Source of the DNA: a cyanobacterium endosymbiont of Braarudosphaera bigelowii
GTDB taxonomy: Bacteria; Cyanobacteriota; Cyanobacteriia; Cyanobacteriales; Microcystaceae
Reading direction: 5' to 3'
Length of the DNA: 32,000 bases
NCBI RefSeq assembly: GCF_020885515.1
Contig: NZ_AP024987.1
Location: 150,001 to 182,000 of the forward strand
Part shown: positions 19,616-29,887 of the stretch, piece by piece
Position numbering within the stretch: position 1 is the stretch's first letter
How the letters are laid out: the number at the start of each line of letters is the position of its first letter
Program-made: the position numbers and the translations under genes
The notes under the pieces: model-generated
Told to the model about the DNA's origin: nothing
The model's database searches: none
What the model saw: only the letters and a program-made list of their open reading frames with translations

Positions 19616-22600
19616 TTACATGAAATTTAAACTTAATTGAATATAGTTAGACAACTGTCCTTTTAATTTATCTTGTAATTTAAATGAACAATATTCTTCA
19701 AACCACCATTCAGAGTTACCAGACAGTTTTTGATCTTTCAGAAGCCATTTTTCAAAGACCTGCTCTCTATTATCATTAGGAGGAACTACTTGATAAACAC
19801 GGAATCTTTTTTTACCAATTTTCTGACTTCCACAGCTATTGATACCGAAACCTATTTTGTCTAGTAATTTCCTTATAATCGTAATTGGGCTTGCATTATT
19901 TGCAATACCGATTCCTATTATAGATTTAATGTCTTGTCTATTACTTATCGCTAGATGTAACATTTTTACTAAATCAGGATCAATATTAATTATTTTTCTA
20001 TTTATATTATGCAATAAAGTATGAATCCCTAAGACTTCTAATATTCCTATAGTCGCCCCTAATTGAGAACTATTAAAATCAGGTAAAAATATACTTCCTT
20101 CACCTTTCTCTATCATTTTTTGTGCGACTTTTGCATCTCTTTCTGCTAAATGAATACGACCTTTCGTTAAAAAGTAATGAATTCTTAACTTCTGATACCA
20201 TCCATGATCATCTAACATGACTAGCTCTGGTGTAATAGGTATAGAATAAAGCAATTTCAAGTCATATTTTCGTAATCTCCTTCGTTCTACAGCAGTCTTA
20301 ACCAAAGATCTTTTTAGAATTTTATATTCTTCCTGAGTTAAGTCTTCAGCTCGACTGATATTTTCAGATTCTAGTTTATAGTTGTTTTCCCTAATTTCTT
20401 CGATAGCTTCTATTAAACTATTCTTTTTTGGAGAAGCATATAATTTATTACCTTGAGATTTTCTTTTGTGAAAATTTTTATTTTCATTAGAGAATTCGAC
20501 TTTATGATTAGCTCTTTGAATAAAACTAATTATTGTTTCTCGATATGTGATCATTTTTGCATTCATACGTACTGACATCTTTCCCCAGCATAGTAAAGAC
20601 TCTCCCTGAAAACCTATATCTAAGTCATCTAAAGACTCTAAATCAGACTGTTGCAAAAATCTAATATTTAAGTTTGTTAATCGATGACCTGAAGTGAGTA
20701 ACCCTGGGATTGATACTGAACCATTGCCTACTTTGTTGAATCCGTAAGATGCTAGCCAAAGATAACGAGGAATATTTTCCCTGACTCTGCCTAATGATTG
20801 AATAACAGATGTAGGATTTTGAATCCCTTGAGCTAGACACCAAACAGAACTAAAATGTCCCTTTATGTCAATACTAATCCCTGTCTCAAGAACAGGACTA
20901 GTAATGACAATATCATATATAGTTAATATTGAGTCTAACTGATTAATACATTCATAAGCATTATGATTTGGGTCTTTTAAAGATTCAGAATCAATACGAA
21001 GAATTTTAGTATTAGGAAATTGTTGTTGTAAGTATAATTCTAAAGTTTGTGTACCCCATTTGCTAGTTAATTTTTGGGCAGATAAGCAAATATAAGGTTT
21101 ACCTCCTTGTTGAATATGTTCCACTAAATCTTTTAAAAATTTTCTGGGAGTATTTTCTACATAGTTGTATGCTTTCCACGTACTTGAAGATTTAGGTATC
21201 CAATTATTCCTGACTATGTAAGGTTCTATCGGATATCCGGATAGGGCAATTAAATATTCTATAGAAATATTACTAAGATCTGCGTCAGCAATGAACATTC
21301 TACCTTCTCCGTTCATAACTGCCTGAACTAAACTTTTCAAGCACTTTAAAATGGAGACTCGATTACTAGAACAGGTATCAGAATTTAGACCATGCCAAAG
21401 TACTTGTTCAACCTCATCAATAATAATGAGAGCATCTTGCCAATCATGTGGATTAAAATTTGCTTGTGATTTCTCATGTAAAGAGTCAATACATAGACCA
21501 TATCCTAAGTATTCTTCAGAACTATTATCCTGATATTCCTTAATATATGAAAGTCCAAAACGTTGACATAACTGTTCAACTAATTTGATACGATGTCCAA
21601 TCACGAGAATTTTCTGTTTTTTCGTAATTGCCTTCTGAACAATTTTAGATAAAAATTTAGTTTTTCCTGTACCGATACCAGATTTAATAGCAACTAGTTT
21701 TTTTGTTTCAGGTATTGATAAATTCGGGATATAAGGAGTGTTGACTTCTAGATCAGAATCAAGTGTTAAATGATTTAATTCTCTTGCTTTCCAAGTTTCA
21801 ATAGGAAGAGCTTTCTCATAGCATTCATCAAAAGCATTATTTCCAGAATTTAATAAAAAGTCATCTACTCCTTTTCCATGTTTTGAGTCCCAGGTAGGAA
21901 TTTTAACTTGACATCCTAGAGAATTCATTAGAAATCCTAATTTTCTTATCGCTTTATTTACAGCTTTAAAAGTATTAGGTTTACTATCTTGATCAAAAGC
22001 AATATAAACACTTCTTCCTGTTGCTACTAATTTGTGTAATTGGGGAATTAAATAAGATTTTCCAATACGACGACCGATCTCATTTTTTGGTGTACGATAA
22101 CCATTATTGATACCAGGAAGAGCAATTGAAACATAGCCTGCAGTTAGTAGTGCGCCAGCTTTCTTTGCACCTTCTGTTATACAAAGCGGAATGGATTTAT
22201 TATCGATTACCCATTGCCAAAATCCAAAGTCTGACTGCGATCTATCAACTATTTCTGATTTAAATTCAATATTGTATCTGTGAGCTATCCTCCGCCATAA
22301 ATGTAATGGTACTCTTAAAGCAAAAATACCTGTTGGTGTTTTTGGGGGATGTTCATATCTGATTATTTTGTTTTCATCATAGTTAAAGCGTGGTTTATCT
22401 GGTTTAAAACACCCCCAAAGATCGTTAGTTCCTGTCATAATATCGATACCAGAACACCACCAGCCTCCTTTCTCCACGTGCTCATAACGCTTTAATATGG
22501 AATTGCTAATCCTGCCATCGTTCCTTCTCGTAAGCTCATCAGAGTATAGTAGATACTCTGATGGAGAAGTTCCTTTCAAAGTTTTTACGTTTAATTCAAT

Positions 22601-22648
22601 CAATTGCCTATCAACGCAACTGTTTAACCATTCTTGTTCATGTCCCAC
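19616..22648 (-). CDS. Plasmid-type replication protein, CyRepA1/DUF3854-like (Toprim-like plus helicase-like ATPase)
   Basis: 1010 aa. Toprim-like segment 'CITEGAKKAGALLTAGYVSIALPG...VYIAFDQDSK...GKGVDDFLL'; Walker A 'GIGTGKTKF'; 'LIIIDEVEQ' DE-box; motif-VI-like 'VIQSLGRVREN'. Confidence 0.82.
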   Translation of the reverse strand: MGHEQEWLNSCVDRQLIELNVKTLKGTSPSEYLLYSDELTRRNDGRISNSILKRYEHVEKGGWWCSGIDIMTGTNDLWGCFKPDKPRFNYDENKIIRYEHPPKTPTGIFALRVPLHLWRRIAHRYNIEFKSEIVDRSQSDFGFWQWVIDNKSIPLCITEGAKKAGALLTAGYVSIALPGINNGYRTPKNEIGRRIGKSYLIPQLHKLVATGRSVYIAFDQDSKPNTFKAVNKAIRKLGFLMNSLGCQVKIPTWDSKHGKGVDDFLLNSGNNAFDECYEKALPIETWKARELNHLTLDSDLEVNTPYIPNLSIPETKKLVAIKSGIGTGKTKFLSKIVQKAITKKQKILVIGHRIKLVEQLCQRFGLSYIKEYQDNSSEEYLGYGLCIDSLHEKSQANFNPHDWQDALIIIDEVEQVLWHGLNSDTCSSNRVSILKCLKSLVQAVMNGEGRMFIADADLSNISIEYLIALSGYPIEPYIVRNNWIPKSSSTWKAYNYVENTPRKFLKDLVEHIQQGGKPYICLSAQKLTSKWGTQTLELYLQQQFPNTKILRIDSESLKDPNHNAYECINQLDSILTIYDIVITSPVLETGISIDIKGHFSSVWCLAQGIQNPTSVIQSLGRVRENIPRYLWLASYGFNKVGNGSVSIPGLLTSGHRLTNLNIRFLQQSDLESLDDLDIGFQGESLLCWGKMSVRMNAKMITYRETIISFIQRANHKVEFSNENKNFHKRKSQGNKLYASPKKNSLIEAIEEIRENNYKLESENISRAEDLTQEEYKILKRSLVKTAVERRRLRKYDLKLLYSIPITPELVMLDDHGWYQKLRIHYFLTKGRIHLAERDAKVAQKMIEKGEGSIFLPDFNSSQLGATIGILEVLGIHTLLHNINRKIINIDPDLVKMLHLAISNRQDIKSIIGIGIANNASPITIIRKLLDKIGFGINSCGSQKIGKKRFRVYQVVPPNDNREQVFEKWLLKDQKLSGNSEWWFEEYCSFKLQDKLKGQLSNYIQLSLNFM

Positions 22649-22769
22649 GCTTTTTTCTCGACTTTTAATGCCACAAAAGCACTATCTATAGTATTAAGAT
22701 CTAAATCCTAAGGAAAAAAAACTAAATATGGAAGATACAAATAAACTACTATGTTAAAAGAATAATTTA

Positions 22770-22808
22770 AATATCTCAACGATAAGTTTAACTTATCGTT
22801 GAGATATT
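22770..22808. repeat. Perfect 39-bp palindrome (19-bp arms, 1-nt centre)
   Basis: AATATCTCAACGATAAGTT T AACTTATCGTTGAGATATT, read directly. It lies between the divergent rep-like and DAHP synthase genes. Confidence 0.9.
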
Positions 22809-23140
22809 ATTTCTGAATCATAAAAATTCAAGGCGAACTGGTAAATATATAAATATAGTTTTTTATCCAGATTCTCCTAAAGGTTAGGATAGGATTACTA
22901 TCCAATAACTCATGCAGAAAAATATTAGAGTTAACATATTCATAATTTGGAGTTAAGATGCATAATGTATTTTTTGAATTGTTTAACTTTTTCTTGAAAA
23001 TACATAGTCGTGCTATCTTAAAGTTATTTATCTAGTAATAAAACTTTAATAATAAAGAGCAACATTTCCTCTAGGATCAATGGCAGCATTTTCATAAAAT
23101 TTTAAAAAATCTCTAAACAATTGATTTTAGAAAAAAATCT

Positions 23141-23266
23141 ATGATTATAGTCATGAAAGGTAACTCTCCAATTAATGAAACTGAACGTGTTAGTACAGAA
23201 ATTGAAAATTGGGGATTAACTCCTAAAAAAATATTGGTAAACACAAAGCTATTATTGAGTCAATAG
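23141..23266 (+). pseudogene. N-terminal fragment of DAHP synthase, out of frame with the main ORF
   Basis: Translates as 'MIIVMKGNSPINETERVSTEIENWGLTPKKI', matching my recall of the DAHP synthase N-terminus, then loses frame at the A7 tract 23225-23231. Confidence 0.75.
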
Positions 23267-23328
23267 GAGAAATTGTTTCTCCTATTGACTCAATAAGTAA
23301 AGAAATTAACCCATGGATTGAAAGTGTT

Positions 23329-24177
23329 TTGTTAGTAGAACATCCTTTTAAGCGCGCAAGTCTAGAATATGTCGGCGGAAAATATAGTGAAGTTATTATC
23401 AGCACTCCTAATGGAATTGTGCCAATTGGTAGAAATCATCCTATAGTAGTTGTAGCTGGTCCCTGTTCGGTCGAGAGTAAAACTATGATTGTTGAGACTG
23501 CTCAGCAAGTCAAAGCGTCAGGAGCTAAGTTTTTAAGAGGTGGTGCTTACAAACCTCGTACTTCTCCATATGCCTTCCAAGGTTATGGAGAAAGTGCTCT
23601 AGAGTTATTATCTATTGCTAAGGAAGAAACTGGCCTGGGTATCATAACAGAAGTTATGGATGCTAGTGATTTGGATAAGATTAAAGAAGTCGCTGATGTT
23701 ATTCAAGTAGGAGCTAGAAATATGCAAAATTTTTCTTTACTTAAGAAAGTTGGCTCTCAAGAAAAGCCTATTCTTCTTAAACGAGGAATAGCGGCTACTA
23801 TTAATGAATGGTTAATGGCTGCTGAATATATATTGGCTGCCGGAAATCCAAATGTTATTCTCTGTGAGAGAGGAATTAGAACTTTTGACACTAAATATAC
23901 TCGTAATACTTTAGATTTATCTGTAATACCGGTTTTACGCTCTCTAACTCATTTGCCAATCATGGTTGATCCTAGTCATGGTACTGGAAGAGCAGACTAT
24001 GTTCCTTCTATGGCTGCAGCAGCAGTAGTAGCAGGTACAGATTCACTGATGATTGAAGTACATCCGAATCCTGCAAAGGCACTATCAGACGGAATTCAAT
24101 CATTAACTCCAGTAAAATTTGATAATCTTATGCATAAGATATTAATTATTTCTCAAACAGTTCATAGATTAGTATGA
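23329..24177 (+). CDS. aroF: 3-deoxy-7-phosphoheptulonate (DAHP) synthase, N-terminus frameshifted; the conserved frame extends upstream to about 23227
   Basis: 'VVAGPCSVES', 'GAYKPRTSPYAFQGYGE', 'VIQVGARNMQNFSLL', 'LPIMVDPSHGTGRADYV'. The upstream in-frame segment reads 'NIGKHKAIIESIGEI...'. Confidence 0.93.
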   Translation: MLVEHPFKRASLEYVGGKYSEVIISTPNGIVPIGRNHPIVVVAGPCSVESKTMIVETAQQVKASGAKFLRGGAYKPRTSPYAFQGYGESALELLSIAKEETGLGIITEVMDASDLDKIKEVADVIQVGARNMQNFSLLKKVGSQEKPILLKRGIAATINEWLMAAEYILAAGNPNVILCERGIRTFDTKYTRNTLDLSVIPVLRSLTHLPIMVDPSHGTGRADYVPSMAAAAVVAGTDSLMIEVHPNPAKALSDGIQSLTPVKFDNLMHKILIISQTVHRLV

Positions 24178-24254
24178 TCAAATGCTTTCTTAATAAATTT
24201 ATGTATCAGTATTTGCTACAATCTCTTCATCTTCATTATTTTATTATTAACTAA

Positions 24255-25073
24255 ATGATTTGGCCATTTAAACCTAGAACTAGTAAACAAATTGCTCGCA
24301 TTGAAATTAAAGGAGTAATAAATTCTGAAACCCGTAAGTTTTTACTGGAAGCTTTAGAAACAGTTAGAGAAAAAAAATTTCCTGCTTTATTATTGCGTAT
24401 TGATTCTCCAGGAGGAACAGTTGGTGACTCTCAAGAAATTTATGAAGCTCTCAAAAAATTACAGAAAAAGGTTAAGATTGTAGCAACTTTTGGTAATATT
24501 TCAGCTTCTGGAGGGGTATACATAAGCATGGGAGCGCCACATATAATGTCTAACCCTGGAACTATTACTGGAAGCATTGGAGTTATTTTAAGAGGTAACA
24601 ATTTTAAAGAACTATTAGATAGAGTTGGAGTCTCTTTCCAAGTTGTTAAATCTGGACCTTACAAAGATATTTTATCTTTTGACCGAAAATTAACTACTGA
24701 AGAGGAAAAAATTCTTCAAGAAATGATTGATACTAGTTATCAACAGTTTGTAACAACTATATCTAAGGAACGTAATTTAGATATAAATAAGACAAAAAGC
24801 TTTGCTGATGGTCGTATTTTTACAGGACAACAAGCGCTAGAATTAGGAATGGTAGATCGTTTAGGAACTGAGGAAGATGCTCGATGCTGGGCTGCAGAAC
24901 TTGTTGGGTTAGATCCCGAAAAAACTAAGTGCTTCACCATTGAAGAACCAAAACCATTTTTGAACCGTATATTCTTTAAGAACAAAAATCAGTCAAGATT
25001 TCTATTATTTAGTGATCGTATAGAGTTCGAACTTAAGACTAGTGGACAACTTTTATGGCTATATCATCCATAA
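24255..25073 (+). CDS. sppA: Signal peptide peptidase SppA (S49 family)
   Basis: 'LLLRIDSPGGTVGDSQEIYEAL', 'ISASGGVYISMGAPHIMSNPGTITGSIGVI', and 'SGPYKDILS' with the catalytic Lys. Confidence 0.93.
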   Translation: MIWPFKPRTSKQIARIEIKGVINSETRKFLLEALETVREKKFPALLLRIDSPGGTVGDSQEIYEALKKLQKKVKIVATFGNISASGGVYISMGAPHIMSNPGTITGSIGVILRGNNFKELLDRVGVSFQVVKSGPYKDILSFDRKLTTEEEKILQEMIDTSYQQFVTTISKERNLDINKTKSFADGRIFTGQQALELGMVDRLGTEEDARCWAAELVGLDPEKTKCFTIEEPKPFLNRIFFKNKNQSRFLLFSDRIEFELKTSGQLLWLYHP

Positions 25074-25319
25074 CTGGTATTGTAATTAAAATTATAAGAT
25101 GTTTAATTCTGAAAGTTTGTAAAAGAGCCGATTCATACTATGTTTTTAAGAAAATAACAAAAATTAAAAGAAATATAAAAATAGTATACGTAAGAGGCTA
25201 AAATAAATTTACTGAATGCTATAGAAGAAAGTAAGTTAAATTCTAATAATACTACTAATATTGTTCTTATCACTATCAATAAACAATTCAATATAAATCA
25301 TTAGGTTGCTGTTATCATA

Positions 25320-25359
25320 ACACTTACTATATATTTAAGATTAAATACATAGTAAGTGT
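25320..25359. repeat. Near-perfect inverted repeat in a long non-coding region
   Basis: ACACTTACTATATATTT / AAATACATAGTAAGTGT, 16 of 17 pairing. Confidence 0.6.
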
Positions 25360-26107
25360 AAGCTATAGACATAGTTAAATAATATGAGAATTATTTTCTA
25401 TATCAATAATTTAAGTTTAAAATATTTATTTTAGTTAGCAAAATATTAATTAGAAACTAATATTAATACACTTAATCATTAAATTCACTGGTTAAGTGCA
25501 TTGTTCATAATAGAATAAATAATATTCTCTATGAATAAAAAACAAAATTATCATATAATTTACTCAATTAGAGTATCCTGAATTAACTATAGTTCTCAAC
25601 ACAAATTGATTAACTAATATTTGTATTTACATGAAAATATTGTTTTTCCACTTTTAAAATAACTTTATTATCATAAGAAAAGTTATTAATATATTTCTTT
25701 ATAAAACTCTTTTAAAATATTAAAAGCATAAAATAATACTTAACTTATAATATTAAACTTTATGAATAATCTACTTATCTCTAGAATGAAATTTGAACTT
25801 AATAAAAAAGAAAAGATCTTGTTTCTTTAAAGTAATTAATAATTATTTATTTGTTACCTTCTCTAAAACTATTCATATATTAAAAAAAGTATATTCTACC
25901 TAATCTGCGAATTTAAGTATGTGATTGTAGTCAAATATTATGTCTAAAATTTTAACTAATATCTATTGAAGTTATTATAGCTTATTGATTTAATTAGTAA
26001 ATGATTTAAGAGATGGGATATCATCTTTTGCACGTAATTTTATTACTATAGCTAAAATTTAACTTCTTCTTAAAAAAGTTAACAACTAAGTTAAAATCGA
26101 TATTAGC

Positions 26108-26641
26108 TTATTGGGAATTAGAAGTAGAAGATAAAACATTCTTAACTTCTACTTCATTATTCATATCATCAGCAAAATTGCTAACCTTAAAACAATTAGG
26201 CGTGAATAGAAAAATACTTTCACCAATACGTTCTTGATATCCTTCGATAGCGTATGTTCCTCCTGCAACAAAATCTACTGCTCTTTGTCCTTCTTCTGAC
26301 TCCATTGAGTTCAAATTAAGAACAACAGATTTCTGCTCTCGTAAAACTTGTATAACTTTAGGCATTTCGTCAAATGATTTAGGTTCAACTACAACCACTT
26401 CGGCAATATTATTGATTCTAGGCATTGAAACAACATTGTCTTGATGATTTTGAAAATTTTTTTTAGCGTTAACACGAGATTCCTTTGATTTTAACCAAGG
26501 ATGTAGTTCATTTTCGCTGGAAATATCTTTTTTATCTGATTCTTTTAACTCAAGATTAGAGTTTTCATTAACTTCCATATAGTCGGAATCATCATCAAAA
26601 CATTCTGCCATAGACCAACGTTTTAATCTTTCTAAAATCAT
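26108..26641 (-). CDS. sepF: Cell division protein SepF (start probably internal to the supplied ORF)
   Basis: '[69 protein letters not shown]'. The natural start is likely 'MILERLKRW'. Confidence 0.93.
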   Translation of the reverse strand: MILERLKRWSMAECFDDDSDYMEVNENSNLELKESDKKDISSENELHPWLKSKESRVNAKKNFQNHQDNVVSMPRINNIAEVVVVEPKSFDEMPKVIQVLREQKSVVLNLNSMESEEGQRAVDFVAGGTYAIEGYQERIGESIFLFTPNCFKVSNFADDMNNEVEVKNVLSSTSNSQ

Positions 26642-27062
26642 TGTATATCTCACTAGTTTGCAAGTATTTACGGAAAAGTGATTAAACACCAAAACGCTAT
26701 TTAGTATCTTCTAAATCCAAAGAAAAATTCTCTCAACTGCTAGAACTTTTATACGATATTCTAAAATTTCTTTTTGATCTAGAATAAAAAACTATAGATT
26801 ATGGTATCTAAAAGATCTTTTATGATTGTCGTCATGACACTCTAATATGTTCCCGTTGTATCACAAGAATCATGCTTGATTTTTTATAAGGATTAATTTA
26901 TTTCTTTCTACAATTTATTAATTTTTTACCTATCACTTATGCAGATAAGAAATATAGGATAGCAATATGAAAATCTTTTCTATTTTGTCATCTAATGAAA
27001 ATTAGAATTAGACTTGTACTAAAAATAAGAGCTTAAATGTGGTGAACTATTGAAATTTTTAT

Positions 27063-28712
27063 TTATTTCAAACGTCCTGAACGCAAAATACTAATAATAA
27101 GCCATACTCCTAATATGCTTGCTGAAGCAAATAAAACACTGCTTATAATAGATAATTGTTGCGTTGAAGAACCAACAGAGATAATTGCAGCTCCCATTAT
27201 TAAAGATCCTAAAACTATACTAAACGAAAGTCTATTTGCTGAGGCATCTATACTACGTCGTAAAGGTTCTAATTCCCGTAATCTTATATTCCAGTTGAAA
27301 GTTTCTGATGATAATCTATCTAATAAGGTTTCTATTCGTCGTGGGGTCTTTAGATAAATAGACTTTAAATCTAAAATTGTTCTTAATCCAGTTTGCAGAG
27401 GTGTATCTCCTACTAATTGACGATAAAATAAATTAGTCATTAGCGGATTTATTTCGTCAAAGAGATTAATAGATGGATTAAATTGTCTTGCTGTACCTTC
27501 TAAATTTCCTAAACATTTCGCGTACAGTCCTAAATTTCCCGGAATTTTTAATTTATTTTTACGTGCAATTTGTAATATTTCATATACAACCTCACTAAAA
27601 TTAAATTGAGAAAGATTTAAGTTATGGTACTTTTTTAAAATTTTCTCGTAATCACTCTTTAATCTTGATAAGTTATCTACCTTATCTGATTCTGATAACT
27701 TAAATGTTAATTGAGCACATCCTTGAGCATCTAAATCAAAAATTGCTAATAATAATTCTATTAATATTTTTTGAGTGTGCGAATCAATTTTTCCTACCAT
27801 TCCACAATCAATAATAGCTACTCTACCATTGTTTAAATAGAATAGATTACCAGGATGAGGATCTGCATGAAAAAATCCATCAACATAGATTTGCTGAAAA
27901 AAAGCTCTAAATAGTAAAGTAGTAATCTCTTTTCTTCTTTCTTCAGTAGACTTAAGAGATTTAGGTATACTTAGATCAGCTTCTAATATAGGTTTTCCAT
28001 GCAACCATTCTAAAACTAAAATTTTTTCTGTTGTTATGTCCCAATATACTTTAGGTGTTGCTATTTCATTAGCATCAAACCAGATACTTGATGATAAATT
28101 ATTACGGATAGTATCTGTATAACTTGCTTCCTTTGTAAAGTCTAATTCAGACTCAATAGCTTCACAAAATTCATCAGCAAGTTTTGGAATATCGAAATTT
28201 TTGCCAAATTCTGTTAATGAAACTAATTCAGCAATACCTTTGATTAAGGTAATATCTTGCTGTACTATCTTGTCAATATTTGGACGTTGAATCTTAATAG
28301 CTACTTCTTCTCCATTAAGAAGAATTCCACGATGAATCTGTCCAATAGAACCAGCCGCAATAGGTTTTTTTTCAATATTACTAAATATAGCTTTTATAGG
28401 TTTTGATAATTGTCTATTTAAAACTATTTCGATTTCTTTCCAGGGAACTGAAGAAACATTAGATTGTAAGGCAGTTAAGGCCTGAATATAGTTGGGAGAA
28501 AGAATATCAGGACGTGTACTTAAAAGTTGTCCTAGTTTTACATAAAAAGGACCCAGTTCTATTAATATATTTCGTAATACTTCCGGAGTAGGAATCTGAG
28601 GATTTTCTGTTTTACCAGCTGTTAATAATCCTCTCATATATTCCCAGCCATTACTAAGTACAACTTCAATAATTTCTCGTTGACGAGCACTAGTTTGAGT
28701 CAAAGAAAACAT
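27063..28712 (-). CDS. ABC1/UbiB/AarF-family atypical kinase
   Basis: 'LGPFYVKLGQLLSTRPDILSPNYIQALTALQ', 'KKPIAAGSIGQIHRG', 'FFHADPHPGNLFYLNNGRVAIIDCGMVGKID'. Confidence 0.93.
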   Translation of the reverse strand: MFSLTQTSARQREIIEVVLSNGWEYMRGLLTAGKTENPQIPTPEVLRNILIELGPFYVKLGQLLSTRPDILSPNYIQALTALQSNVSSVPWKEIEIVLNRQLSKPIKAIFSNIEKKPIAAGSIGQIHRGILLNGEEVAIKIQRPNIDKIVQQDITLIKGIAELVSLTEFGKNFDIPKLADEFCEAIESELDFTKEASYTDTIRNNLSSSIWFDANEIATPKVYWDITTEKILVLEWLHGKPILEADLSIPKSLKSTEERRKEITTLLFRAFFQQIYVDGFFHADPHPGNLFYLNNGRVAIIDCGMVGKIDSHTQKILIELLLAIFDLDAQGCAQLTFKLSESDKVDNLSRLKSDYEKILKKYHNLNLSQFNFSEVVYEILQIARKNKLKIPGNLGLYAKCLGNLEGTARQFNPSINLFDEINPLMTNLFYRQLVGDTPLQTGLRTILDLKSIYLKTPRRIETLLDRLSSETFNWNIRLRELEPLRRSIDASANRLSFSIVLGSLIMGAAIISVGSSTQQLSIISSVLFASASILGVWLIISILRSGRLK

Positions 28713-28825
28713 AAAATACTTATATAACTTTTTTATAGAAACAAAAAATTGAACATAGGAAGTTTATATTGACTTAGTTAAAATTTTGCTTAATTTAGTT
28801 TATTAAAACAATAACATTGAAATAT

Positions 28826-29887
28826 TTATAAGAAATCTTGGGATTCAGGACAGTTAGCTATTTGTTTTAGTATTTGCTTAATATCTTGAGTGCGATTTTT
28901 ATCAACTATAAGAGTAACATTTTTATCACGAACAATAACTAAATTTTCTATACCAATAGTAGCAATTAACTCATTTTTTTCACTTGCATAGATAATAGAA
29001 CCTGTTGTGTCGAGACCTATATGATTACAATGCTCTATATTGATAGTTGTTTTATCAGTTAATCGTTCTAAAGAATTCCAATCTCCTAAATCATCCCAGC
29101 CAAAATTAGCACTTAATATATAGGTGAATTGAGTTTTTTCCATCAAAGCATAATCAATACTGATCTTTTCGAAGTCCTTGTAAGCGTCTTTACCTTTCTT
29201 CCGCAAAGAATTTAAAAGCTGAGGAGTATATTTTTCTAATTCTTGCAACATGATATTTGCACGAAAGATTAATATTCCACTATTCCAACTATACTTACCA
29301 TTTGCAATTAGTAATTCTGCAGTTTTTTGACTAGGTTTTTCCATAAAACGATTAACCTGGTATGCAGGAAGATTGCCAATGTAGTTAATCAGTTTTCCCT
29401 GTTCGATATATCCATAACCTGTAGAAGGATATGTTGGTTGAACTCCTAATGTCACTATTGCATTCCCTGGAGAAGCTAATTGAAAAGCAGAATCTAAAGT
29501 GATTAAAAAATCTTCTTCATTTTTTATCCAGTGATCTGCAGGGAAAAATCCTATGATCACATCATTTCCATATCGTTTAACAATTTCTAACGTTGCCCAT
29601 GCGACTGCAGGGGCAGTATCTTTTCCCTCAGGTTCAATTAGTATATTAGAATCCACTAGATGTGGTAGATGTTTTTTAACGTTTTTGATGATGGAAGCAG
29701 TAGTAACAAGCCAAAGATTGTTCCAATTTTTAGCTATAGGTAACAAGCGATTAGCTGTAGACTGTAATAGACTATCTCCGCTGTTGTCTAAGGATAGGAA
29801 CTGTTTGGGATGGTGACGGCGAGAAAGAGGCCAAAATCGTTCGCCTTTTCCACCAGCAAGAATTACAGGTATAAAAGATTGGACCAT
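28826..29887 (-). CDS. manC: Mannose-1-phosphate guanylyltransferase
   Basis: 'PVILAGGKGERFWPLSRRHHPKQFL', 'LIEPEGKDTAPAVAWA', 'FMEKPSQKTA' and 'WNSGILIFRA'. Confidence 0.92.
   Translation of the reverse strand: MVQSFIPVILAGGKGERFWPLSRRHHPKQFLSLDNSGDSLLQSTANRLLPIAKNWNNLWLVTTASIIKNVKKHLPHLVDSNILIEPEGKDTAPAVAWATLEIVKRYGNDVIIGFFPADHWIKNEEDFLITLDSAFQLASPGNAIVTLGVQPTYPSTGYGYIEQGKLINYIGNLPAYQVNRFMEKPSQKTAELLIANGKYSWNSGILIFRANIMLQELEKYTPQLLNSLRKKGKDAYKDFEKISIDYALMEKTQFTYILSANFGWDDLGDWNSLERLTDKTTINIEHCNHIGLDTTGSIIYASEKNELIATIGIENLVIVRDKNVTLIVDKNRTQDIKQILKQIANCPESQDFL

Noticed and set aside
19839-22691. Several 60-64-aa ORFs within or antisense to the replication protein (19839-20024, 20661-20843, 21351-21533, 22497-22691)
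   Set aside because: All are short and overlap the strongly supported 1010-aa CDS. 20661-20843 is on the same strand in another frame. They are treated as chance ORFs.
22770-22808. The long palindrome as a simple Rho-independent terminator
   Set aside because: Flanking genes diverge, so no upstream transcript would end here, and neither strand has a convincing T tract. A terminator of an unannotated RNA is not formally excluded.
22641-23140. Iteron-type direct repeats expected at a Rep-dependent origin
   Set aside because: By eye I found only the palindrome and weak short repeats (e.g. GGATAGgattaCTATCC). No convincing tandem iteron array is present, so I do not call an origin.
23223-23405. 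60-aa minus-strand ORF
   Set aside because: It is antisense to the DAHP synthase N-terminal region, with no family signal.
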